Origin: an uncultured Gammaproteobacteria bacterium | Lineage (GTDB): Bacteria > Patescibacteriota > Microgenomatia > Levybacterales > UBA12049 | Assembly: GCA_964610465.1 (NCBI GenBank) | Contig: CAZSWA010000005.1 | Span: forward strand, 8,456-72,455 | Direction of reading: 5' to 3' | DNA length: 64,000 nt | Shown here: positions 38,401-46,439 of the stretch, piece by piece | Numbering within the stretch: the first letter of the stretch is position 1 | How the letters are laid out: each line of letters opens with the position of its first letter | Program-made: the position numbers and the translations under genes | Notes under the pieces: generated by a model | What the model saw: the letters and a program-made list of their open reading frames with translations, nothing else | Told to the model about the DNA's origin: nothing | The model's database searches: none

Positions 38401-38875
38401 TCCATACTCTTTGGTTACTCAGCAGCCACTTGGAGGAAAAGCGCAAATGGGAGGACAGAGACTTGGAGAGATGGAAGTATGGGCACTTGAAGCACATAGA
38501 GCACGATATATCTTGCAAGAAATGCTTACTATCAAATCAGATGATGTAGTCGGACGTGCCAAAGCATTTGAAGCAATTGTCAAAGGAACCGATATCCCAA
38601 CACCAAAAGTTCCTGAATCATTTAAAGTACTTATCAAAGAATTACAATCATTAGGTCTTAATGTCGTTCCAATGGGAGCAACGGTGTATAATGAGGAAAT
38701 CGAAGAGAAGGCAGAAGCACAGGCTGAAGCAGAAGGAGTACGTCAAGAGGCACAGCAATTGCAGGAAAGTTTAGAAGGCGGAAATGTTCCTGATGGTGCA
38801 ACAGAAGGTACATCTGAACCAGAGACAGTAGATTCTGAAACAACAGAAACAGAACCAGGGGAGGTAGCAGCATAA
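35432..38875 (+). CDS. rpoB: DNA-directed RNA polymerase subunit beta
   Basis: Full-length match to the conserved beta-subunit regions. Immediately followed by rpoC, overlapping as TAATG. Confidence 0.95.
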   Translation: MPAQESSTMPRQSEVKNNKTSIVRQNWGKTYSVLPPLDLLEVQRQSYTWFENHGIREVLQEISPVDDFTGKNWSLSFHEHKIGKPSITPKTALAKGLTYDAPLTVKVSLTNKKTGHTETTEVFLGDIPQMTDRGTFIVNGIERAVVNQLVRSPGVFFTGNQDPITGKTLYSTEIRPIHGSWLEFSTTRYGTITVKIDRRRKFLVTTFLRALGLSDNDAIKAKFQEVEAGDRAESFIENTLQKDETGSETEAIVEIFKKMHPGEPIVLDKVREYFTNLFFNNRRYDLGVVGRYKINKRLKSVPGFNSSEERVLTIDDIFATISYLIMLEQGRGDVDDIDSLANRRVRSVGELVTINAFRVGVLRIERSIKERMSLLQADGTVSVSNLINARPIMAAINEFFRTSQLSTILDQTNPLSEIDNLNRLTVMGTGGISRERAAFSIRDINSSQYGRIDPIRSPEGPNIGLVTYMSLYSRVNDYGFLEAPYRKVEKRKVGNKEKVFVTDEIVYLDAADERSNYITHAGITVGDDNEILDERVPARYHGDFMEVDRQMINYIDVVPRQVVGTSASLIPFIAHDEANRALMGTHMQCQAVPLVKPSSPVVGTGMETTISEVMGRVVKAPFDGKVTFVDSDKIILEGQKGEKATFSLETFSRTSQATCYTQRPLVNEGQIVKKGDALIDGPSSQNGELALGQNLLIAYASLDGLGYEDAIVISDKLVKQDALSSIHIEKYEAAVVETKLGPEETTRDIPNISEEDLANLDEEGIVVVGSEVGPGDILVGKIAPKGETELTAEERLLRAIFGEQAREVRDTSLRMPHGERGTVISVQILDRKEGDELEPGTIRKILVEVAQFRHVVVGDKLAGRHGNKGIISRILPVADMPYLTDGTPVDIVISPISVLARMNLGQLLEAHLGWAAQKLNTKIGVPVFEKIDEEKIVSLLTQAGLPVNGKAQLFDGRTGRAYENPVVVGIEYMMKLIHMVEDKTHARSTGPYSLVTQQPLGGKAQMGGQRLGEMEVWALEAHRARYILQEMLTIKSDDVVGRAKAFEAIVKGTDIPTPKVPESFKVLIKELQSLGLNVVPMGATVYNEEIEEKAEAQAEAEGVRQEAQQLQESLEGGNVPDGATEGTSEPETVDSETTETEPGEVAA

Positions 38876-41800
38876 TGAATTCAAGAAACAGTAAAAACAG
38901 CTTAACAAAAGATCTTAATATTTCCGACTTTAAGTCACTCAAACTTCTTTTGGCAAAGAAAGAGGATATCCTTTCATGGTCTTATGGTGAAGTGACCAAA
39001 CCTGAAACTATTAACTATAGAACCCTTAGACCTGAGAAAGATGGATTATTTGATGAAAGAATTTTTGGTCCAACCAAAGATTGGGAATGTTACTGCGGAA
39101 AATACAAGAGAATACGATACAGAGGTATTATCTGCGACAAATGTGGAGTTGAAGTTACTCTTTCCAGAGTGAGACGCGAAAGGCTGGGACATATTACGAT
39201 TGCATCTCCGGTTGCTCATGTGTGGTTCTTCAAAGGAGCATCATCTGCAATGTCACTTCTTTTGGATATTCAGCAAAAGAGCTTGGAATCAATCATTTAT
39301 TATGCATCATATCTAATTACCAAAATTGATGAAGACAAAAAAAGAGAGGCGCTTGATATATTTTCTCAAAATATTGAAAAGAGAAAAGAAGCGCTCCAAA
39401 AACGTGGAAAGGATGATGAAGAAAAAGTTACCAAAGAAGCTGATGAAAAAGCAAAAGATATAAAAGCAAGCAAAACAAGTGCCGAACAAAAACAACTTAT
39501 CTTACAGGAAATTGAACTCGCCAAACGTCAAAAACACACTCAACTTCAAGAATCTCTTGAAACCGAATCAAAGAAGATAGATGAAATTGCTGATACCTTT
39601 ACCAAGCTTCTCAAAGGCTTGCGCGTTGGAAGTGTGCTTTCAGAAGATGAATACTTCAAACTTCTTGAATATGATATTCCAGTCTTCTTTACCATCAAAA
39701 CCGGTTCTGAAGCACTCTATGAAGTAATCAATAATCTTGATTTATCAACTCTTATTGCGAACTTGAGAAGCGAATCTGAGAAAGCATCAGGACAAAGATA
39801 TCTAAGAATTGTCAAAAGACTCAGACTTATTGAAAACATGAGAAAAGCCGGAGTGACGCCATCCGCAATGATTCTTTCTGTACTTCCGGTTATCCCGCCA
39901 GATCTTCGACCAATGGTACAACTCTCAGGCGGAAGATTTGCAACATCTGATTTAAATGATTTATATAGAAGAGTTATCAATAGAAATAACCGTCTGAAAC
40001 ATCTTTTAGCACTTGGTGCGCCTGAAATCATTCTTCGCAATGAGAAAAGAATGTTACAAGAATCAGTTGATGCCCTTATTGATTCAACCCAAAGAGGAGG
40101 AACTGCAACTGCGTCACCACTTCGCTCACTTTCTGACATGCTTCGAGGGAAACAAGGACGATTTAGACAAAATCTTTTGGGTAAAAGAGTTGATTATTCA
40201 GGCCGTTCAGTTATCGTAGTTGGACCAGAACTTAAGCTTTCCCAGTGTGGATTGCCAAAGGAAATGGCGCTTGAAATGTTTAAACCATTTGTTCTTCGTG
40301 AAGTAATTGTTAGAGGACTTGCGACCAATATCAAATCAGCCAAGCGCTATATTGAGAAAAGACCACCGGAAGTATTTGATATTCTTGAAGAAATCACAAA
40401 GAACCATCCGGTACTCTTAAATCGTGCACCCACTCTTCACAAACTTGGTATACAGGCATTCTATCCAGTGCTTATTGAAGGTGCAGCAATTCAACTTCAT
40501 CCTTGTGTCTGTAACGGATACAACGCAGACTTTGATGGAGATCAAATGGCCGTCCATATTCCACTTTCAACAAAAGCGCAGGAAGAAGCAGCAGAACTCA
40601 TGATGCCACGCAACAATCTCTTAAAGCCAGCTGATGGAAGTCCAATTACTCTGCCAAACAAGGAAATGGCACTTGGAATTTATTACTTGACTACTCTTGA
40701 TGAATCTTTGAGAAAAAGTGAAGAGGAACAAAAGTACTTTAGCAATATGAACAACGCACTTTTGGCATTTGATTTAGGAAAAGTAGGTCTTCGGGAACCA
40801 ATCAAAGTACGTATCGGACAAAACGGCACTGGCAAACTTATTGAGACCAATATCGGAAGACTTCGCTTTAACGAACTTCTTCCTGAGGATTTTGGTTTTA
40901 TCAATGAAAGTATTAACGCAGCAGGAATCAAGAAAATTATCACGCGAGCAATGAAAACCTACTCTTCACATGAGGTAGCAGAACTTATTGATAAAGTGAA
41001 AAATCTTGGATTCTATGGCGCAACTATCTCAGGAGTCAGTGTATCAGTATTTGATAATGAAATTATTCCTGAAAAAGACAAAATGATAGAAGATGCAGAG
41101 CAAAAAGTAGCAGGAATTGATGATGAATACCAGCAAGGACTTATCACTCTTGAAGAGAAGAAAAGACTTTCAAATGAAGTCTGGCTTAAAGTTACCGATG
41201 CAATTTCCAGTCTTACGTGGAAGACACTCAAGCCTTCCAATCCAATAAAAATCAGTATTGATTCCGGAGGATCTCGTGCAGGTATTGAACAGCTCAAACA
41301 GCTTTCTGCAATGAGAGGACTTATTATTGACCCTCTTGGAAAGATTGTTGAGCTTCCAATTAAATCCAATTTCCGTGAAGGTCTCTCAATCTTTGAGTAT
41401 GTAGCATCAGCCAGAGGTTCCAGAAAAGGACTTACTGATTCAGCACTTAAGACCGCAAACGCAGGATATCTCACTCGAAGACTCGTTGATGTTACCCATG
41501 ATGTGATTGTCAGAGAAGAGGATTGCGGCACAACTGAAGGAGTTACTATTCCATACACTGAAAAAGATAGAACATCAGCCTTTGCGGATAGATTAATAGG
41601 AAGAGTTTTGGCAGCCAATGCGGTTTCTTCAAAAACCAAGAAGATTGTATTAAAAGCAGGAGAAGAAATTAATGAAGAAACTGCAGCGTTTATATCTGCA
41701 AGTGATGTCCAGGAAGTAGTCGTACGTTCTCCTCTTACGTGTAAACTGACGTACGGTATTTGTGTAGCATGTTATGGATGGGATTTTTCAATCAAGAAGA

Positions 41801-42684
41801 AAGTAGATTTGGGTGTTCCAGTTGGAGTAGTTGCAGCCCAAAGTATTGGAGAGCCAGGTACACAGCTTACTATGCGTGTTCGACATTTCGGAGGAGTTGT
41901 TATGTCTGATGTGACACAAGGTCTTCCACGTGTTGAGGAACTCTTTGAAATGAGAACTCCCAAGAATCTGGCTCCTGTATCTGAGATTACCGGAAAAGTA
42001 AAGATTGAAAAAACGGATGAAGGATACAGAATTCAGGTACGAAACGCGCGTATTAAACCAATTGAAGTGCAAGAATATTTTGTACCTCTTTCTGCAACAC
42101 TTTCAGTAGCAGACGGTGACGAAATAACAGCCGGTACTCCACTTGCTGAAGGATATCTTGATCCAAAGGAAGTTCTAAAAATTGGCGGTCTTACTATGGT
42201 ACAAAGATATCTGGTTACTGAAATTCAAAAAGTATATGAGTCCCAGGGAATTGCAATTAATGACAAACATTTTGAAGTAATTATCCGCAAAATGTCTGAT
42301 AAAGTAATTGTTGAGAGTGTTGGTGATACGTCACTTATTCCTGGAGATTTTGTCAGTAAAGCACGCTTTGAGGAAATGAATGCAGAAGTTCTCTCAGAAG
42401 GTGGAGAACCAGCAACCGGAAGACAAGTAGTATTGGGTATTACCAAAGCTGCATTATTCTCAGATAGCTGGCTTTCAGCAGCTTCATTCCAGGAAACAAC
42501 CAAAGTTTTGACCGAAGCAGCACTTGAAGGACGCGAAGATAAATTGGTTGGACTTAAGGAAAATGTTATTATTGGAAGACTTATCCCGGTTGAAAGTAAA
42601 AATCTTTTACCTGAGCTTCAACCTGAGTCTGAACAAAGTAGTGACACACCGTCTGAGCCTGCCAGTGCCAGTGAGATAGTATAA
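38875..42684 (+). CDS. rpoC: DNA-directed RNA polymerase subunit beta'
   Basis: Zinc-binding CxxC...CxxC N-terminus, catalytic NADFDGD motif and the conserved trigger-loop region. Confidence 0.95.
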   Translation: MNSRNSKNSLTKDLNISDFKSLKLLLAKKEDILSWSYGEVTKPETINYRTLRPEKDGLFDERIFGPTKDWECYCGKYKRIRYRGIICDKCGVEVTLSRVRRERLGHITIASPVAHVWFFKGASSAMSLLLDIQQKSLESIIYYASYLITKIDEDKKREALDIFSQNIEKRKEALQKRGKDDEEKVTKEADEKAKDIKASKTSAEQKQLILQEIELAKRQKHTQLQESLETESKKIDEIADTFTKLLKGLRVGSVLSEDEYFKLLEYDIPVFFTIKTGSEALYEVINNLDLSTLIANLRSESEKASGQRYLRIVKRLRLIENMRKAGVTPSAMILSVLPVIPPDLRPMVQLSGGRFATSDLNDLYRRVINRNNRLKHLLALGAPEIILRNEKRMLQESVDALIDSTQRGGTATASPLRSLSDMLRGKQGRFRQNLLGKRVDYSGRSVIVVGPELKLSQCGLPKEMALEMFKPFVLREVIVRGLATNIKSAKRYIEKRPPEVFDILEEITKNHPVLLNRAPTLHKLGIQAFYPVLIEGAAIQLHPCVCNGYNADFDGDQMAVHIPLSTKAQEEAAELMMPRNNLLKPADGSPITLPNKEMALGIYYLTTLDESLRKSEEEQKYFSNMNNALLAFDLGKVGLREPIKVRIGQNGTGKLIETNIGRLRFNELLPEDFGFINESINAAGIKKIITRAMKTYSSHEVAELIDKVKNLGFYGATISGVSVSVFDNEIIPEKDKMIEDAEQKVAGIDDEYQQGLITLEEKKRLSNEVWLKVTDAISSLTWKTLKPSNPIKISIDSGGSRAGIEQLKQLSAMRGLIIDPLGKIVELPIKSNFREGLSIFEYVASARGSRKGLTDSALKTANAGYLTRRLVDVTHDVIVREEDCGTTEGVTIPYTEKDRTSAFADRLIGRVLAANAVSSKTKKIVLKAGEEINEETAAFISASDVQEVVVRSPLTCKLTYGICVACYGWDFSIKKKVDLGVPVGVVAAQSIGEPGTQLTMRVRHFGGVVMSDVTQGLPRVEELFEMRTPKNLAPVSEITGKVKIEKTDEGYRIQVRNARIKPIEVQEYFVPLSATLSVADGDEITAGTPLAEGYLDPKEVLKIGGLTMVQRYLVTEIQKVYESQGIAINDKHFEVIIRKMSDKVIVESVGDTSLIPGDFVSKARFEEMNAEVLSEGGEPATGRQVVLGITKAALFSDSWLSAASFQETTKVLTEAALEGREDKLVGLKENVIIGRLIPVESKNLLPELQPESEQSSDTPSEPASASEIV

Positions 42685-42761
42685 TACATGCTCATAGTTT
42701 GCCTCTTTTTTCTCTAGTTTTAAGTATCGAATGAGGCAAAATATGATATAATACGAGAATT

Positions 42762-43208
42762 ATGCCAACATTATCACAGTTAGCAAAAAGAGGCAGAAAA
42801 AGAAGAACCAAGAAGTCACGTTCGATGGCTTTACGAAGGCTCTTCAATGCAAAAGATAGAGAATACAAGGACCTTAGTGCTCCACAAAAACGTGGTGTGG
42901 TAACGCTTGTCAAAACCATGACTCCTAAGAAACCAAATTCAGCACTTCGCAAAGTCGCAAGAGTCAAGCTTTCCAACAAAATGGAAGTTACGGCCTACAT
43001 TCAAGGAGTTGGACATTCGCTTTCAGAACACGGTATAGTCCTTGTTCGCGGAGGAAGGGTCAAAGATTTACCAGGAGTGAAATATCATTTGGTACGTGGC
43101 AAATTTGATTTGCTCGGAGTTGAAGGACGCAAAACTTCACGAAGTACCTATGGTACCAAATTACAAAAAGGGGGAGGCGCAGGAGCTAAAGCTGCTCCAG
43201 CTGCATAA
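42762..43208 (+). CDS. rpsL: 30S ribosomal protein S12, with a Gly/Ala/Lys-rich C-terminal extension
   Basis: [13 protein letters not shown]...[18 protein letters not shown]...[19 protein letters not shown]. An extra ~20 aa ([15 protein letters not shown]) at the C-terminus. Confidence 0.95.
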   Translation: MPTLSQLAKRGRKRRTKKSRSMALRRLFNAKDREYKDLSAPQKRGVVTLVKTMTPKKPNSALRKVARVKLSNKMEVTAYIQGVGHSLSEHGIVLVRGGRVKDLPGVKYHLVRGKFDLLGVEGRKTSRSTYGTKLQKGGGAGAKAAPAA

Positions 43209-43215
43209 GTAACAT

Positions 43216-43689
43216 ATGAGACACGCAAAAGTAGCAAAAAGAAAAATTGAAGGAGATGTAATGTACAACAATCTTCTCGTGGCCAAGCTTATCAACTATG
43301 TTATGGAAAGCGGCAAAAAGACAGTTGCACAAGAACAAGTCTACAAAGCATTCCAACTCTTAACAGATAAAGGTCAAGATCCTCTTAAAGCCTTTGAAAA
43401 AGCGATTCAAAATGTCGGTCCAAAAGTAGAAGTAAGAGCACGACGTGTCGGCGGAGCCAATTATCAGGTTCCTGTTGAAGTTCGATACGAAAGACGTATT
43501 GCCTTGGCACTTCGATGGATGCTTGAGGCAGCACGCAAACGATCAAACAAGGATTTCCATACCTTCTCAGAAAAACTCGCAGCAGAGATTCTTGATGCCA
43601 ATAACAATATGGGAGAAGCAATCAGAAAACGTGATATTACCCTCAAACAGGCAGAAGCCAATCGCGCCTTTGCACATTTTAGATGGTAG
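43216..43689 (+). CDS. rpsG: 30S ribosomal protein S7
   Basis: Matches S7 along its whole length (ARRVGGANYQVPVEVRYERRIALALRWMLEAARKRS). rpsL-rpsG synteny. Confidence 0.95.
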   Translation: MRHAKVAKRKIEGDVMYNNLLVAKLINYVMESGKKTVAQEQVYKAFQLLTDKGQDPLKAFEKAIQNVGPKVEVRARRVGGANYQVPVEVRYERRIALALRWMLEAARKRSNKDFHTFSEKLAAEILDANNNMGEAIRKRDITLKQAEANRAFAHFRW

Positions 43690-43852
43690 ATTTGCAAAGA
43701 TCTTCGACCTTCGCACACTTCAGGTGGTAAACCTCATTATATATAGTATCTCATCTATGACCCTATAGTATTGACAAATTGTCCAGTTTATGATATGTTT
43801 TATACTGTACGTTGACAATGTGCGGTGTGAAGTACCCTTAAAGGAGGGGAAA

Positions 43853-44560
43853 ATGTTGGCCGGTACGTTTGGCTCTGACAGTTCTGTAGCGCGTATTGAA
43901 GCTGCTCTCAAGGTAGTTTCAGATCGAGTCGAAGAAGAGATAGGGTTATCCTATCTTGGAGTAGGCCGTCGCCGTCGTTTTCAAGACGGGCACACAGAAC
44001 CAGATTACCTCTGGGAAATTTGTACATACTGTGGCTACCATGGCCATGGTATAGCTTTCTCAGGAAGCAAGGAGAGCCGTGATTGGACGATGTATAACCT
44101 AAGGCGCCAGCACGTCAGGGAAAATCCCTGGTGTGAACACCCATTGAGTGTGAGCGATTTTAGCATAGGTTGGATTGCATGTCCTCAACTCTCTCACGAA
44201 GAGGCAGAAGGAGTGCACCGACCTATGGCGGAGTACATCTATGGTATGGATAATGTTTGGGGGGTCACGGAAGACCTCTATAAGGCTTATGCTCGGCATC
44301 TTACAAGATGCCAGGCATGCCAACAAGCATACCATACTGAAGTAGTGGACGTTATAGACAACAGCGAGGAGTTCCTCTTCCTCAAAATGGCAGAAGAAGA
44401 TTGCCTTGAAGCTGCTGAAGAAGCAGCTAAGGAAGAGCGTCGTCTTCAAAAAGAGGAGGAGATACTCATGGATTCACCGGAGGACATGTTTCCTTTTGCA
44501 CATAGCAATCGGAAAAGCAAACAAAAGCCACAAAAAGCTCGACAAAAGAGCTTGAGGTAA
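43853..44560 (+). CDS. Orphan Cys/His/Trp-rich hypothetical protein in a GC-rich segment, with an acidic/basic C-terminal tail. Possibly a zinc-binding protein of foreign origin. The start is probably the ATG at 43853 behind a strong AGGAGG RBS, not the upstream ATG at 43790 used in the ORF track.
   Basis: Local GC is visibly higher than the flanks. AAAGGAGGGGAAAATG lies upstream. CxxC/HxH clusters (CTYCGYHGHG, WCEHP, CQACQQAYH). It sits where fusA would normally follow rpsG. Confidence 0.5.
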   Translation: MLAGTFGSDSSVARIEAALKVVSDRVEEEIGLSYLGVGRRRRFQDGHTEPDYLWEICTYCGYHGHGIAFSGSKESRDWTMYNLRRQHVRENPWCEHPLSVSDFSIGWIACPQLSHEEAEGVHRPMAEYIYGMDNVWGVTEDLYKAYARHLTRCQACQQAYHTEVVDVIDNSEEFLFLKMAEEDCLEAAEEAAKEERRLQKEEEILMDSPEDMFPFAHSNRKSKQKPQKARQKSLR

Positions 44561-44733
44561 CACCAACAACCGCACAAAGGAATGTGCATAAAGCACGGTA
44601 AGGGCGAAAGGATTCGCCCATTTGACTCATTCACCCTCATTTATTGCGAGGGTTAAAATGGAAAGAGCCATTGGGCAAACATCATTTCATCAAAACCCCC
44701 AACGTGCTTTTTCCATGGGAAAAATTTGTTTAC

Positions 44734-44845
44734 ATTCTAAATCATAAATGCCAAATACCAAATTACAAAAAACAAATACAAAATTATTTGTTTGAAATTT
44801 GGAATCTTGAAATTTATTTGGATTTTGGGATTTGTAATTTAGAAT
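44734..44845. repeat. Cluster of nested/adjacent inverted repeats in an AT-rich spacer: attctaaat/atttagaat, aaattacaaa/tttgtaattt and aaacaaata/tatttgttt.
   Basis: Read directly: 44734-44742 vs 44837-44845, 44760-44769 vs 44831-44840, 44770-44778 vs 44785-44793. Confidence 0.5.
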
Positions 44846-44913
44846 TTTATTTAACCCCTTGATTCTTTACTGAGATGACAAAGAAGAGGGTTAAAGCAAC
44901 AACGTGGAGAATA

Positions 44914-45552
44914 TTACTGAATAGTTATTCCGAGGATTGTGTCGCCGATTTGGATTTTATTTACTACATCCATTCCTGATTTTACTATTCCAAAATTGGT
45001 ATATTGTTTATTCAGCCAGGAGGCATCGGTTTTGGTAATGAAAAATTGCGCATCATTTTGTGTTTTGCCGTCTCCTCTACTGGCAACACCAAGAGAACCG
45101 ACTACAAATGGTTTGCTATTAAATTCGACAGGCATACTACCACCGCCTGTGCCATTGCCAAGCGGGTCACCGCCCTGGATTACCCAATCTTCAACGCGAT
45201 GGAAAGTAAGGTTGTTATAGAATCCGCTTTTGGCTTTATTCACAAAATTTTTGACAGTGTTAGGAGCATCTTTTGGATAGAGTTCAAGTATGATATCTCC
45301 TTTTGCGGTTTTGATAGTTGCAGTTGTTGCATTCACATGAGCTATTGTAGCAGAAGAAGGGGTAGGTGTAAAAGCAGCAGATGTCGAAGATGGACTTATT
45401 TTAAGAGAAATGCCTGATGGAACAATGGAAAGTTTTGAAAGTTTATCCAAAGCACTATTTTGAGAAGGACTTTTGGCAGGTTGGAAAGAATAATAGAGAG
45501 CGGCACATACAATTATTACAATAGCAATAAGTGCAGCATAGAATAGTTTCAT
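44914..45552 (-). CDS. Cyclophilin-type peptidyl-prolyl cis-trans isomerase, membrane-anchored or secreted (paralogue 1)
   Basis: Cyclophilin signature NNLTFHRVEDWVIQGGDPLGNGTGGGS. N-terminal hydrophobic segment. Confidence 0.85.
   Translation of the reverse strand: MKLFYAALIAIVIIVCAALYYSFQPAKSPSQNSALDKLSKLSIVPSGISLKISPSSTSAAFTPTPSSATIAHVNATTATIKTAKGDIILELYPKDAPNTVKNFVNKAKSGFYNNLTFHRVEDWVIQGGDPLGNGTGGGSMPVEFNSKPFVVGSLGVASRGDGKTQNDAQFFITKTDASWLNKQYTNFGIVKSGMDVVNKIQIGDTILGITIQ
45174..45237. repeat. ~65-bp tract identical to 45937-46001 inside the two tandem cyclophilin genes (recent duplication or gene conversion).
   Basis: ccctggattacccaatcttcaacgcgatggaaagtaaggttgttatagaatccgcttttggcttt is present at both positions. 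Confidence 0.8.
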
Positions 45553-45677
45553 AGGATTTTTATTGTATCATGTTGCCGATGATTTTCAACCCTCCTTCGC
45601 TAAAGTTTCGGAAGGGCAAGGAGTTTTGTTCTCAGGCTGAAAAATTGTCAAAATAGAATTTTTTGAATTTTGACTAG

Positions 45678-46382
45678 TTATTCTACCGTAATGCCTAGAA
45701 TTTTATCTCCGATTTGAATCTTATTTACCACATCCATACCGCTTGTGACCTGGCCAAAATTGGTATATTGCTGATTAAGCCAGGATGCGTCTTGTTTAGT
45801 GATAAAAAACTGTGAGTCATTGGAAACTTTGATATCGCTTCCACGAGCTACACCCAACGAACCAGTGATAAACGGCACATTGTTAATCTCTGTTGGCATA
45901 AGGCCGCCGCCTGTGCCGTTACCTAATGGGTCGCCACCCTGGATTACCCAATCTTCAACGCGATGGAAAGTAAGGTTGTTATAGAATCCGCTTTTGGCTT
46001 TGATAATAAAATTCTTCACTGTATTGGGAGCGTCTTTCCCGTCAAGCGTTAAGACTATATCTCCTTTGCTTGTTTTAATCGTTGCTGAATAAGAAGCTTT
46101 AATACCATCTTCAACTCCAAATGTTGGTGCAATACCAGTTGGAGTTGGCGGAAGTGCCTGTCTATTTGTTTCTTGTCCTTGTTTTTGGGGAAATGCCTGC
46201 TGCAGTTTCATTTTATCAGCACCTAGAGTCGGTATTTCATAGGGTTGTGAGAGAGATGCGCGCAGTGAATTTCCTTGAGTAGAAAAGTAAATACCTACAG
46301 AAACCAATGCCAAAAGCACAAAAAGCAGAATATACGATTTATTCATTACATAGTATTTTAGCATAAAGAAAGATTTTGCCAA
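45678..46382 (-). CDS. Cyclophilin-type peptidyl-prolyl cis-trans isomerase, membrane-anchored or secreted (paralogue 2)
   Basis: Same cyclophilin signature. Shares a ~65-bp stretch of identical DNA with paralogue 1. Confidence 0.85.
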   Translation of the reverse strand: MAKSFFMLKYYVMNKSYILLFVLLALVSVGIYFSTQGNSLRASLSQPYEIPTLGADKMKLQQAFPQKQGQETNRQALPPTPTGIAPTFGVEDGIKASYSATIKTSKGDIVLTLDGKDAPNTVKNFIIKAKSGFYNNLTFHRVEDWVIQGGDPLGNGTGGGLMPTEINNVPFITGSLGVARGSDIKVSNDSQFFITKQDASWLNQQYTNFGQVTSGMDVVNKIQIGDKILGITVE

Positions 46383-46439
46383 CAGTTTTACTAAGTCCTA
46401 AATTCGTACTTCTTTTGACTTTCTGGTACAATAAGGAGC

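Noticed and set aside
43690-43852. fusA/tuf expected downstream of rpsG
   Set aside because: They are not present in this window. The position is occupied by the GC-rich orphan ORF, reported as a finding and not as a missing-gene call.
44560-44700. Possible tRNA or small RNA in the hairpin-rich spacer after the orphan ORF
   Set aside because: Two short stems are present, but I could not build a cloverleaf with acceptor, D, anticodon and T arms, and there is no conserved T-loop GTTC. I kept it only as a structured-spacer observation.
45004-45417. ORF 45004..45417(+) and other antisense ORFs inside the cyclophilin genes
   Set aside because: They are fully overlapped by the well-supported cyclophilin CDSs on the opposite strand and have no motif support.
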